Shown here: positions 35,811 to 47,989 of the stretch, in pieces
Numbering within the stretch: position 1 is the first letter of the stretch
Layout of the letters: every line of letters begins with the position of its first letter
Source of the DNA: Camelus dromedarius
Lineage: Eukaryota
DNA length: 64,000 bases
NCBI RefSeq assembly: GCF_036321535.1
Contig: NC_087437.1
Span: 76,386,001-76,450,000, forward strand
Direction of reading: 5' to 3'
The notes under the pieces: model-generated
Database searches by the model: none
Told to the model about the DNA's origin: nothing
What the model saw: only the letters and a program-made list of their open reading frames with translations
Translations under genes and position numbers: made by a program

Positions 35811-36279
35811 TGTTGTGAGTTGAACTGAGTTGAGTCTGCCAAGTGGTACATTGAAGTCCTAACCCCTGGTACCTGTGAATGTGACCTTATTTGGAAATGT
35901 GGTCTTTGCAGATGTAATCATTAAGATGAGCTCATACTGGACAAGGGTGGACCCAAATTCTAGTGACAACTGTTCTTTTAGGGAGGGGGAGATTTGGAGA
36001 CAGACAAAGGGAAGGAGGCCATGTGAAGACACAGGCAGAAATTAGAGTTATGATGCCACAAGCCAAGGAATGCCAAGAATTGCCAGCAATCACCAGAAGC
36101 TAGAAGAGACAAGGAAAGATTCTTTCCTAGAGCCTTAAGAGGGAGGATAGCCCTGAGAACACTTTGATTTTGGACTTCTATCCTCTAGAACTGTGAGAGA
36201 ATATATTTCTGTTGTTTTAAGCCACCTAGTTTGTGGTGCTTTGTTACAGCAGCCCTAGCTGCTAACATACTAACATACA
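35811..36279 (+). mobile_element. MLT1C-like MaLR solo LTR
   Basis: gaagtcctaacccc...gtgaccttatttggaaat...ccacaagccaaggaatgcc...gttgttttaagccacctagtttgtgg. Confidence 0.9.
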
Positions 36280-38956
36280 GGTCACTCCTGAGTGGACTGT
36301 GGTGCGCCTGCAGTCCATTTTCAGCTTGCATCAATCCATCAACCGAACTCAGCTGTTTTTCTCCTGTACTGTTGATCACAAAGGACCCTACTAACCTAAC
36401 CTACTAACATTGTGACATAGGTCTGAGCTGAGAAAGAGTTGCCATTACAGTAGTGGTAAATGATGTGGAGTTCAGGGCCACCATTGGCATAGTTTTAGTG
36501 CCCTCTGGCCCTGCTTGTGACTGGTCATAACTGATCACACTTTCATCTTACAGTTGATTGCAGCTGGACTTCCTGACCACATGACTTGATAGGTCTGGCA
36601 GAATTCAGCTTAGGATGGGTTTCTCTTACCACATGGTCACTTGATATCATATGGTCAGATGTCTTTTCACTACATGGGCCTGATAGCGTACTGGAAGCTG
36701 TTTATCATATGGTGTATACATGTTTGCTGCAGATGGCATGGCCCTGCTCCAGGCCTTAGAGTGTCTATGTTGTGAATTTTCCATTGTGGCTTCCTAACTC
36801 CCCTGTTGTCTTTTCCCATCACTGATAACTTTAGCAACCAAGATCTGCTGGATCATTTGACCCACACTGCATGTCCGATTGCACTGCAGTCTGGACCTAC
36901 TACTGTAGGCTCTTTCCTGATGCAGGCCCCAGTGAAAGCTGGAAGCTTTCCTTGTAGCCCAGTAAATACGTTGAAGCACTATTCCCAGGTATGGAATATG
37001 CTGCCTCCAAAACTCAGAGGCCTAGCAAGCTTTATGCTTCCTTTTTATTGCTGGGAGGAACAAGATGCAATAATTTGTCCTTCACTTTAATATGGATGTT
37101 CTTTTATGCCTCAGACCACCTGCCCCTTAAAATCTTCACTGATGTGGAAGGATCACTATTATAAACATTTGTGGTGTGGTTGCAGGATTCTCCTTCACAG
37201 GGACGCAGCCCATCTTTCAATCAATGGATTTTAGGCCTGAGAATTGGCTCTGGTTTGGAAACTGGATATAGGGTTATGGGTTTTCATTGGGATGACTGAC
37301 CCCATACTTGTGTTCATCCACTCTTGATTACTTTTGATTATATGTATTTAACAATGTTTTTGTTGGTTGCCCACTTATACCTGTGACTAAAATATTTTGT
37401 AAGCCATCTCTGTAGAACCCTACAAGTCAGGTCTGCCTGGCTGCCCTTCCTACCTTAAGGGCAAGCTTGTTCATTATGGCAGTTATTACCACCTTGCTTC
37501 TGTCACTAAGGTGCTACCATCTGGTCCCTGCTGTTTCATGATCCTATCATCCTCACTGGCACTAAGGGCTTGGTTCTGTAATAACATTTCCTACTGTTAG
37601 TTATGGCCCACGAGAACAGCCACAACTGAGCTTTTCAGTGATGCTAGGGCACTTTTCACCAACATGTTTCTTATTTTTTTGATCAATGGAATGCTCTCTG
37701 GGTCCTCCCATAGGATAGAATTGGCTTGTAGGTTGTTAGGCCTTGAAAAACATGTTCATTGTTGCATGCTCATTTCTCTGAGCTTTTCTTCTACGTCCAC
37801 TGTCTGTTTCAGCAGACCTAGCATGTATACTTCATGTAATGTGGGCCATAACTTTCCTCCAGCTGCCAAGAGCCATCATCTTAACAGATGTTAGTAACAT
37901 CTCCTATGGTCTTTGCTAGGATGTTAAATTCAGTATTGTAAGCGAGTACCCTCCTATCAATAAACTCTCTCTTATCCATCTTTGTGTTTTGCATCCCTTC
38001 ATCCAACAACCTCATTTTCCTGCCCCATGTATACTCTTCTAGCTCCTAACAGTTCTGTCGGGTTGCTTTGCACTCTTCCAGTGCATAGTTCCTTTTCCTC
38101 TCTTAGCAGGCTCAACAATTCCTCAGGTGGGAATTATGCTGAGATTTGACCCTAATTAGGGTTTTGTGGCTAGGAGGTAGGTGAGGATAGATTCATAGAG
38201 GTAATGTGTTGTCTCTTGAGAATGGATCTCTGCATCATTTTCAAGCAAGGGGGCAGGTTAGCCTTTAACATGAAGAGGTGAGACATTTACTGGCCCATAG
38301 GTTTATCTAGATTTCAGTGCCAGGGTTCTAATGTGTTTGGACCCAGATGTTTCTAGTCCTAGGGTTGTACTTCTTTTTGGTTAAAGCCTTCTCTTTGGTG
38401 TAGCAGAGCTGCCAGGGTTAGAGTTCAACCTTTTCTGAAGCTTCATTTCCCTTGTAATGTTAGTAGGCTGACTTTAGCTTTTTTCTACCTTTTAGCAGGT
38501 AATCCAGATCAAAGATTCAACTTAGAGTCTACTTCCTAGGACCATTTCTGGCACCTCCGTCTTAGGCTGAATTTCCTGGAAACAAATCTGAGATGAAGAT
38601 TTGTGTGGAGAGTTCCCTCAGGAACAGTACCTTTAAGGATGTACAGGAAGCAGTACTCAGTACAGACAGAAATTCCACTATGTGTGGAGTTGTAACAGAA
38701 ATTTCAGATGATCCTTTGAGAATCTCTGGATCTGAGACTGCTCTTCAGAGTTATCCACAAATTGATGCAGGGGGAACAGGTCTTTATACTTTATATTAAC
38801 CAGACATTCAATGTAGGCTGCCCCAGGGCAGTGATTGTGACCTTGGATGAGGTGGGTCCCTTTTTGATAGAAGGCAATTCTTGGGGAGAGATTTGGCTAT
38901 GAGATGGGCAGCTAACACTTCCAGGAACTCACAAAAGAGTGTGAGCAAACAGCACA
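36280..38956 (-). mobile_element. ERV-L proviral remnant: 5' LTR16-like LTR, PBS and decayed gag-pol
   Basis: LTR at ~38558-38956, then (A)GGTGCCAGAAATGG resembling the tRNA-Leu PBS. Pol peptides IYWATRKASSFHWGLHQERA (ORF 36794-36979) and WSRAMPSAANMYTPYDKQL...HLT...QVTM (RT connection/RNase H). Confidence 0.82.
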
Positions 38957-39009
38957 CTTTAGCATTTAACATAATTCCTAAAAAACACATTCCTGCATTT
39001 ATTTGTTTA

Positions 39010-39150
39010 TTTTAAGACAAGAGTTATACATTCCAAGAGAACAGGGATCTTGTCTGTCTCATACATTGCTATATATTCAGAATTTAGAGTAGCCTGGTTT
39101 ACTATTTACTCAGTAAGTATTTGTTGACTAAATGATTGGACTAAATGAGT
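39010..39150 (+). mobile_element. L2 3' terminus
   Basis: cagggatcttgtctgtct...ctcagtaagtatttgttgactaaatga. Confidence 0.65.
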
Positions 39151-39799
39151 AATTAAAGTATATTTATAGGTGCTGCATTTTGTAAATTGACAATCACTTG
39201 GCACAACACAGGCAATGCAAATAAATGAAAATGTAAATAGGAAAGCATCCCGAAGTACATCTCTACTCTCACATTTGAGTACAAATCTCTAACATGAGAT
39301 TTTTTAGTACTCTACAATTGAAACCACTTTAATGCATTAAATGAATTGATGAATGGCATGGGGAATGTACTCATCTTTAGTCATGACCTTTCCCTCTGAT
39401 GTGGATTCTTGATGAACTGACTTGGCTGTAACTGGTGTTAAAGAGTATTAAGAGAGAGATTATAATTGGATCAGCTTTTGTAGTTGGATTGACTCACAAA
39501 GGCAAATTTGGTTTTGCACCTAGATCTTGTTAATATTCACTTTCAACTGCCTTCCAACAGATGTCTGCTTTTGATTTTAAACATAGATTTTTCAAACATT
39601 TTTATTATACGATAAACATATAGAATCTTCTGAAACATTTTCTTCTAACCATATTCTGTTAAATTTTGGCACTCTCCCACATGGAGTGAGAAAAAAAGTA
39701 AGTCTGAAATGTCATCTTGTCCACTCTTTAAATATTTCTAATGCAAAATGTCACAAAAATTTAACATTAATAAAACACTTACTTTTCCCCACTTTAACA

Positions 39800-41895
39800 A
39801 CTACCATGTATGAGTTCAGGTTTACAATCGAAAACAAATGACCAACTAATTATGAAGAGCAAATATCAAGAACAGCAGCAACAAGGAATCCCGTGTACCT
39901 GTTCCCCAGCAAAACAAGCATAACTGGTGATAATTATTTTTTAAAAAATTTAAAAATCTTTGGAACTTGTGCTAAGGGCATGCAGCAAATAAAGAAGCAT
40001 TTATAAAAGAAAATCTACTCAAATTCGGTAAGGAATAGGAACTCTGTGGCACTTGATTCATGACCCTTTCCCTCATTCTTACCCCCAGCACACCTTGACT
40101 GAAACTCCACTCCAAGTGGGTATGGCCAAGAAAATGGGACTCCCTCTTGCCTAAACCCCCAGTCGGGGGATACCATATCTTACGTGGAGGGACAGGGCCG
40201 GCACTTCTGCCCTCCCACTCTTGAGTTGCAGAGACTAAATACTTGATGAGTATGGCTGAGAGGTCAGAAGTGCCATTCCTTTCCCCAGTCTCCATTCATA
40301 GGAAGGAGGCTCTACCCAGGCATGGCAGACTGAGAGTCCCGGGGCCCCAATCACTTCCACTCCACCTCACTACTGGGGTGGAAATTCCATGCCAGGACAG
40401 GCAAACTGAGAAGAACATAGGCTAGCACTTCTATCCAGTGTACCGAGTATTGGCTCAGAGATTTTTTTCCTCGGGGTACATGCAACCCATAAGAACAGAC
40501 ATCTACAAAGCTTTCTTTAAAGGAACTGATTTTATTTGAAACAGTGTGGGGGAATTTCAAGCCTCAGAAACGATATGCTCAAAACTGGAGATTTTGTGTA
40601 AGCAATTAGAAGGAGATTGGTACATCTATAAGAGCAACAACCTAAACCAGAAGCCAGCTGGTTTATGAGAGAGAACCAGCAAAAGAGACAATTAAGAAGA
40701 GCCACCCTGGGGCCAGGCCAAACCTCAAAAACTGCTCTCCAAAAGTATTCCTGAAAAGGGGCCCCAATTCAGTTAGGTCAGACTGGAGAACCATTTACGC
40801 CCCAGAGCATTGTCAAAAACAATAGAACAATCAGTCAGCAATTAATGGAGCCTGAGGGCTTGGTGTGATGCCCAAAGAGGAAGACAGCTTAACAGGGAGA
40901 TCAGAGAAAGATAAAGTCAAAGAGAGCTCTGCTGAAACCACTGTCATCACAGGTGACCGTGTATATGCCCAAAGCTTTTCCCTCTGAGGAGCAGTATCAG
41001 AGGTTTCACACTGCAGGGAAGTGGACTTCACTAAAATTGTCTATCCAGGTCATTAGACAAATGAACCATCAAACAACAATAACAAAAACACAGACAAGCT
41101 CTAGAAAGAGGGGAGAGGAATCCAGTGTGTTGCTACAATATATTACTTAAAAAGTCCAGTTTCAAGAAAAAACTATGAGACATGCAAAGAAACAACAAAG
41201 TGTACCCACCCAAGGAAGAAAAAGTAGACAACAGAAATTGCCTGTGACCCAAGACAGTAATTTGAATCCATGTGAAAAAACAGAGCGTTGGTAAAGGTAA
41301 TTATGTAATTTTAAAAGACAGTATAAGATGCAAAGTTCTTTTCCTGTCTTTACTTAACTGATCTAAAAGCAATTATAATATATGTACATAATTGTATTGT
41401 TGGACCTATAACACATAGGAATGCAATATATTTGCCAATAACAGTACAAAGAAGGTAGGTGGGAACAAAGCTGTGCTAGAGTAAAGAAGAGACACCAGAT
41501 GGTAACTCACATCCACAGGAATAAGTAAAGAGAACCAGAAATGGTAAATAAGAAGGTTAATAGAACAAATTCTATAAATATATATTTGCTTTTCTTTCTT
41601 TTCTCAGCTTCTTTAATAGACATAAAATAAGTAATTAAACATTAATTTATATAATGTAATAATTATAACAATGTGTATTGTTGGATTCAAAACACACATA
41701 TGTAATATGTACAATAATAATAGCACAAAATTGGGGAAGAGAGAATAGACCTGTATAAGAATAACATTTCTGTATCACACTGCAGTTAAATTAGTATAAA
41801 TCTGAAGTCAATTCTAATTAAGTTAAGATGAATATGATAAGCCTTGGAGCAACCACTGAGAAATAACTTTTTTTAAAAGTGAAAAAAGATAATTA
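39800..41895 (+). mobile_element. Ancient L1 5' UTR plus inter-ORF spacer (L1MC/L1MD-type 5' end, ORF1 largely deleted)
   Basis: Old L1 5'-end blocks (gaaaatctactcaaattcggtaag, tccagtttcaagaaaaaactatgagacatgcaaagaaac) followed by spacer sequence ending gagcaaccactgagaaa. Confidence 0.7.
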
Positions 41896-41897
41896 AA

Positions 41898-42156
41898 GAC
41901 AGCCATGTGAAGATGGAAACAGAGATTGGAGTGATAAAACTACATGCCAAGGAATGCCAACGACTGCCTGCAACCGCAGAACCTAGGAAGAGGCAAGGAA
42001 ACGTCTTCCTTGGAGCCTTTAAAGGGACCGGGGCCCTGCCAACACCTTGATTTTGTACTTCTTTTAGTCTCCCAAACTATAAGAGAATAAATTTCTGTTG
42101 TTTTACACCTGCCAATTTGTGATAATTTGTGATAACAGCCCTAGGAAACTAATACA
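41898..42156 (+). mobile_element. MLT1C/D LTR 3' half
   Basis: gccatgtgaagatggaaacagagattggagtg...cagccctaggaaactaataca. Confidence 0.85.
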
Positions 42157-42248
42157 GACATGAACTGTTGAATGTTTTTGGAAATGGGTGTTGGCATTTA
42201 GTTTTTCTGAAAATTTAGAAAGTGATGTCTTGGACAAAAATTAATGCA

Positions 42249-42655
42249 TTATTATGGGCTTGTCGAGTCCACCATGTTTGAATTCTAACCCCCAACACTT
42301 CAGAATGTGACTTTACTTGGAAATAGGGTCATTGCAGATATAATTAGTTACGTTAAAATGAGATCATATGGGACTAAGGTGGGCCTAGTTCAATGCAGTA
42401 TGACTCGTGTTCTTAAAAAAGGGGAAACGTGGACACAAACCTGCATACAGGGTCACCGTGTAAAGACTGGAGTTATACTGCCACAAGCAAAGCAGGAGCT
42501 AGGGAAGAGGCCTGGAACTGATCCTTCCCTAACACTTTTAGAGGAAATCATGGCACCCTGATGATGAACTCCTAAGGTTGTGAGACAGTACATTTCTGTT
42601 GTTGAAGCCACTCAGTCTGAGTACTTTGTTCTGTCAGACCTCACAAAACAAAACA
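42249..42655 (+). mobile_element. MLT1B-like MaLR LTR
   Basis: ctaacccccaac...tggaaatagggtcattgcagat...tttctgttgttgaagccactcagt. Confidence 0.8.
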
Positions 42656-43275
42656 CCCATAATGCTATTTCCAAGTCACAATAACTTAATTTTTTGGTTT
42701 ATCTCCTTTCAGTTTCGTATCTATAAATCTGTAGGTCCACATTTACTTACGCATACGTTTATACATGTAACCTCCATCCAAATATCTTTATGAAATTATC
42801 CAAAACTTGGAAAGCAAAGCAGAAAGATTACTGTGTGGCCTTCCAAACTCATGCTAGAGACTGTCTAATGAGCTGGTCTGAGTCACCTGCCATTCTAAGG
42901 GAAAGTAATTTTGACTTAAACTATTTACTATTGATTAAGAGCCAGTGTCTATAAAATTACGTGTTAACTTGAAGAAGATTAATAAGTTGCAAATTAATTT
43001 TTTTCTTATAGAAATTCAAATGATTTCTGTCCTATAGAAAAGATAGCCCCCAAAAGTTACTGTTTTATTGACCAGTATCTAAATTAGCAACCTTATTTCA
43101 GCTTTCTTTTGGTCACTCTCTTTCAATGTTTCATATCCTCCTTTGAAACAGGTTTACCATCCTGCTTATTCTCTCATTAATGAGTTCAAAAAATCTTTGA
43201 CAACTATATACTGTATATTTGTATGAGAGTCATGATTTTAATTTTTTTTAAATTATACTTCGACATGCCTTTGAA

Positions 43276-43578
43276 GAGTAGTTCCCAAACTTTCAGAGTT
43301 CCTGAAGAAGAAATATTCTTAAAATAAAATGAGATTGGATGACTGAGATAGAGTGGCCAATTTTAATTTTCCAAGTAATATCAATTTTAAAATTACAAAC
43401 ACAGAAAACTAATCTATTAATACCATCATTTCCTAAAAGACAGTGCAGGGCTTTCTAACACCAAAAGAATAGAATGAAATGTAATATAAACTATATAACA
43501 TTATGAAAATTTATCCCATTCTACTTATTTTTCTCATTGCACAGGATGGTGAAAATAAGCATAATTTAGGAAGCACTG
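43276..43578. mobile_element. hAT-Charlie MITE
   Basis: Charlie-type termini (G)AGTAGTTCCCAAAC ... TTTAGGAAGCACTG. Confidence 0.55.
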
Positions 43579-45040
43579 CCTACAGATGACTGGTTTTCTT
43601 CCTACATGTGCAGTTTCTTTTACTCACTCATTTAAAGTTTTTACTAGGGGCTTCCTATGTCCTAACAAGAGCCTGGCGAAAGGGCACCAACTGTATGCCA
43701 AGGAGGTATCTTCTATATACAGACAAGTTTGCCAACACTAGGGAACATATATCCTAGGGGGAAGGAGGCATTGAATAATTTCTCAAATAAATATGTAATT
43801 AAAACTATGCTAAATATTATAAGGAAAAAGCATAAGTTTAATAGTATGTATTGAGCTGCATCTCAGTCTCTTCTCAGTGAAAATTGCTGTCTTGACAGAA
43901 GGACCTAGAAAATAATTCTCAGAGTTGTTTGTCTCAATAAAAAAAGCTACTTTCCTCACACTGAAACTTAAATATGGGACTGTTCTTGGTGGTAACAGAT
44001 CACTAATAATAATAGACCCTGAGCTGCAGAGCTGCCTGGCCTTAACAGGAACCCTCAGAAAGAGCAGAGACCTCCTACCTCTCCCTTCCTTCTTCATCCC
44101 TGGAAGAAAGAAGCTGGGCACTGAATGCTCCCTTCTAGATGAAATGAACAAATTAAAATAAAGTCAGTTCATAGTTAGCTTTTTAAAGAGCACAAAAGTG
44201 TTTTGTTGCAGTTGATAATAATGTTATATACTTCATTACCCCTAATTAGTGCAGCAGCTCCGTAGACTCAGGCCCTAAGGCTGTGAAGCGGTCCTACGAG
44301 GAGGGAGGATGCATTATCATGTGCAAATCCCCTTTATTGTAAACTTCCTGGAGAAAAATTCTGACTTGATTTTAAAAGTGTGGGCAATTTGGTCTACAGG
44401 AGAGTTTGCAAATACCTAAGTGAGGAGCCACTAGCAGGCCAGACACTTCATGCTCTCCCATTCTGTGTCATGGAGAGTTGATAGGAAAGACAAGAAACCA
44501 AAACTCAAAAATTTAGGACCAAGGACACTTGCTTAACAAAGATGGGGATAAATCCTAGAAGAGAAAGATATCAGCATGTGTTTGGACTGGGAATCTGAGA
44601 TTATGAATTTGGTTGAGGAATGTCGAGTAACTGACTCCTAGAAAACAGAGCTTGCTGCATATTGCAAGCATGAAAGTGACTGGTGAATCTCTCCTTGTAA
44701 TAAAGTCAGGGAATACGCCCTATATGTTTGCATACGGACGTAATTCAACAGAGTAGAAATTTGTAGATTTGGCAGAGGAGTAGGACAATGAATAATCTTC
44801 TCATTCTTTTACCACTTCCAAGATTTATCTGCATTCCACTGTAGTGTTCATAGCTAGGGGATGAGCCATATGGGTGAGGATTACCCAATGTGCAGATGAA
44901 AGTCTTCTATAAGCTTCTGAGGAAGCTTGAGGGATAATTATTTAATTTATAGAAAACCAGTCAGTAAGATATTCTAAAGACTAAAGGCACATTTTGCCAC
45001 TCAGCGTAGGAAAAGGGAAGTTTAATGAAAAGTTTAGTAA

Positions 45041-45430
45041 TGTCAACTCTCTACTCCCCAGTAGATCACCAGAGAAGCCCACTGATCAACCAAGACTGAG
45101 TTTATTAGACTTATAGCAGTGAGGGAGAATACCGACTTGAAAAATAATGGTTGAGTCTCAAAATGGAAAAATTGTGGAAGAGTACTTACAAGGTTTTAGA
45201 GCCAACTAATTTGGGAGATTTCAAGCTGAGTCCTGTAAAGTGAGTAACTTGTTGGGATTGGGAAGATTTTATGATATAATAACTTTGGGTTGATGGCACA
45301 GTAAGATGAGAGTCTTGATAAACACATTGCTAGTTTTGGTAAGTAAGCTGTTAAGTTGGCTCATAGGCTTCCCTTCTTGGGAGCAAGTAATTCCCATAAA
45401 AACGAGGAATTATGCTGCTTTCAGTTTTCA
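45041..45430 (-). mobile_element. Ancient LTR (LTR78/79-like, uncertain)
   Basis: TG start; ccaagactgagtttattagacttatagcagtgagggagaat with AATAAA on the reverse strand. Confidence 0.45.
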
Positions 45431-47989
45431 GGATTCCTGTTGGTCTTTCTCCAGCCTAAGCTGCAAGATAGACCATTGTCACCTAGAGACATGATCATTT
45501 GAGATCTATATCACTGTTTGATGTGTTGTGGTCAAGTGAAGAGTTTCTGAGGGTGCTCATTCAACCTCTATTAGTGACAGATTTTCTTATTTATTTTGTT
45601 GGAGGATCATGTTTGGATCATTTGATGGAACAGCAAAATTTAAGACTTTGGAGAGCACAAATTTGAGAGTTGCAACTTGGACAATTACTAAGAAAAAGAT
45701 TGTAATATGAGCCTGTAATACTTCTAAGTCAGGAGCCAGGAGTGACCAAATTAAACCAAAAGAATTGATACCATTCCCAATTTGAAAAGGCCACACAATG
45801 AGATATAGTGATATTAGCCAAATTAATAACTTCATGATTTTTATGTTTCCTCCCAGGTAATTTTGGTACTAGTAAAGATCCAGGAGAGGTCTATACCAAT
45901 GTAAGTACAACGTTCTTTCCTTAAGAAAGGAAAAAATCTGAAAAAAATTCTGTACACATGCTCCACCTTAAAAGACCTCTATTTTGAACAGCAACCTGTC
46001 CAGATTTATTAACTTCTTTGGGGAGAAATTTTATGGCCTCAGTGATGTTGTCATTCTTCTGCTATTCTCTGTACCACTGCCTATAGCATTCTGCCTACTT
46101 TTTAAGCCTCATGTAAAGAGTGAAATGAAGAAGAAAACGGTCTAAAATATTCCTTCATTGGTTAATTTTTAAATGTAAATTGAAGCTCAGAATTTTTTCT
46201 TTTTGAATTTGATTATTTAAATGCCTATTTTTCCTATGAGGGAAATTGATGGGTCAAAATGGATCCAGGATGATAGAAGGCAGCCATCGGTTTACTGACA
46301 TTATTGATCCCTATTCAATTCACAGATTTCTGATTATAGTCGATAGTCTTTTGTGCTTCAGATACTCATATGTATAGATATCAAATAGAATAGGCCTGGC
46401 ACAAATTCCATTACCTGGTGCCAGGCAAGTTCTATTTGACATCCACATGTGAGGATTTCCACTGAAAGCAGATCATTGGGCAGCTCCTAATGACTAGTTT
46501 TGGACTTAAAGCAGAAAAGACTGTTGACTGCTATCTGTAAATTGGACGGGATGAGGGTTTAGCCAACTAACACACGTTTCTGTAGAGGTGAGGCGACCTC
46601 TCATTATACCCCATCTGTCCCCGGACTTCTCTATGCTCTGTTCCTGTGAGAGCTTGATCGCAGAGGCTAGCTCTTCCGTGCATGTGTTTTCTCTGCAGAG
46701 AAAGGAACACTCCTTTCTAGGTTTGACATACTGGAGGCTGTATGTAGCTTTCTATCTGGTCTACTGTGGTTTTCGCTGTCTAAAAAGATGCTTGGCAGTT
46801 AGGTCCTCTGGGCAATGATTATAACAGGGAATGTGTTTTGTCTGATTTGCAGCAAAGAAATGATACCAAATGAAGCTGGATAGCTCCCAAAGTGAAATGA
46901 GTACAAGCCCAGCATTCTGTTTGATTGAATGCTTTAACTAAATCATAATCAAATGATAGGCAGGTATTGGAATCATGCCAAGTATCTAAGTATGCAAAAA
47001 AATTATTAAATATAAGAAGTTTACATGTATCATCATTAAGAAATAATAAGTATTTGTTAAGTGTTAGGAATCATAAACCAGAAAGGAGGAAAGAAAATAT
47101 CTAGGGAAATAGAGGAAAACATTATGCAAATTAAAGCATGTGAATCAGTGGTTATGGTCATCTGGATCATAATCATGGGTCTTAAATGGAAGCTTTTATT
47201 CACAGTTGTCTCCTGGATCTGCAGGTCTTTGTTAGAAGCTGTCTCCACTCCCAAACTCATGTGCTTCTTGAGGATTCCTAATGATCCTCAGCTTGAAGTC
47301 TGGCTGGGACAGTTTTTTTTTTTTCCAGGAATGAATTATATCTCTTTAGTTAAACATGTAGATCTAAGGGTCCACACCCTATAGTTTTTCTCTTGTATTT
47401 TTTATTAATAGGATCCACTAAGGTTCTTTACATCAAGTATCAAGGATGGTTTTTCTCTGATGTTTCTTCTAAAGACTAAATCTCCTGCATAATTAACAAA
47501 ATGGAAGAAAGTGAAATTCTCTTGAGGCAGAAAACACCGTAAGTTTATGAGGATATAATCTTACTCTGGGAGTAAGAACATATTATGAACAGTGAGAACA
47601 CTGACAAACCTCCAGTATCTTTCGGTTTGTGCCTTAAAGTATGTACTACGATTGATTTTGATACTATTTTGATTAAAATAGGTGTTGAGATTGGGTAATC
47701 TAGAAATCAAATCTTTTTTAGACAGTTACACCAGTCTATATACAGTAACACTTGCATGTTTCTTTTAACATACATGTATACACAGTTATTGAAATATTTT
47801 GTTATATTAGACTTAATATAATTAATCTAGTTTTTGTCAATATTTTAAAAATACACAATAATAAGTAAAAATGATCACTAGTAATTTATTTTTTCTCAAA
47901 AATAAGATACTTTGGTTAAAACAAATGAGGATTATGACAAAAATTGAGAGAAGTATCTTAGTGATAAAAAGGAACCTTTGTTACTGAGC

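Noticed and set aside
44220..44350. Short stretch with a few CpGs and TAATTA motifs as a promoter
   Set aside because: Too short and too sparse for a CpG island, with no other support.
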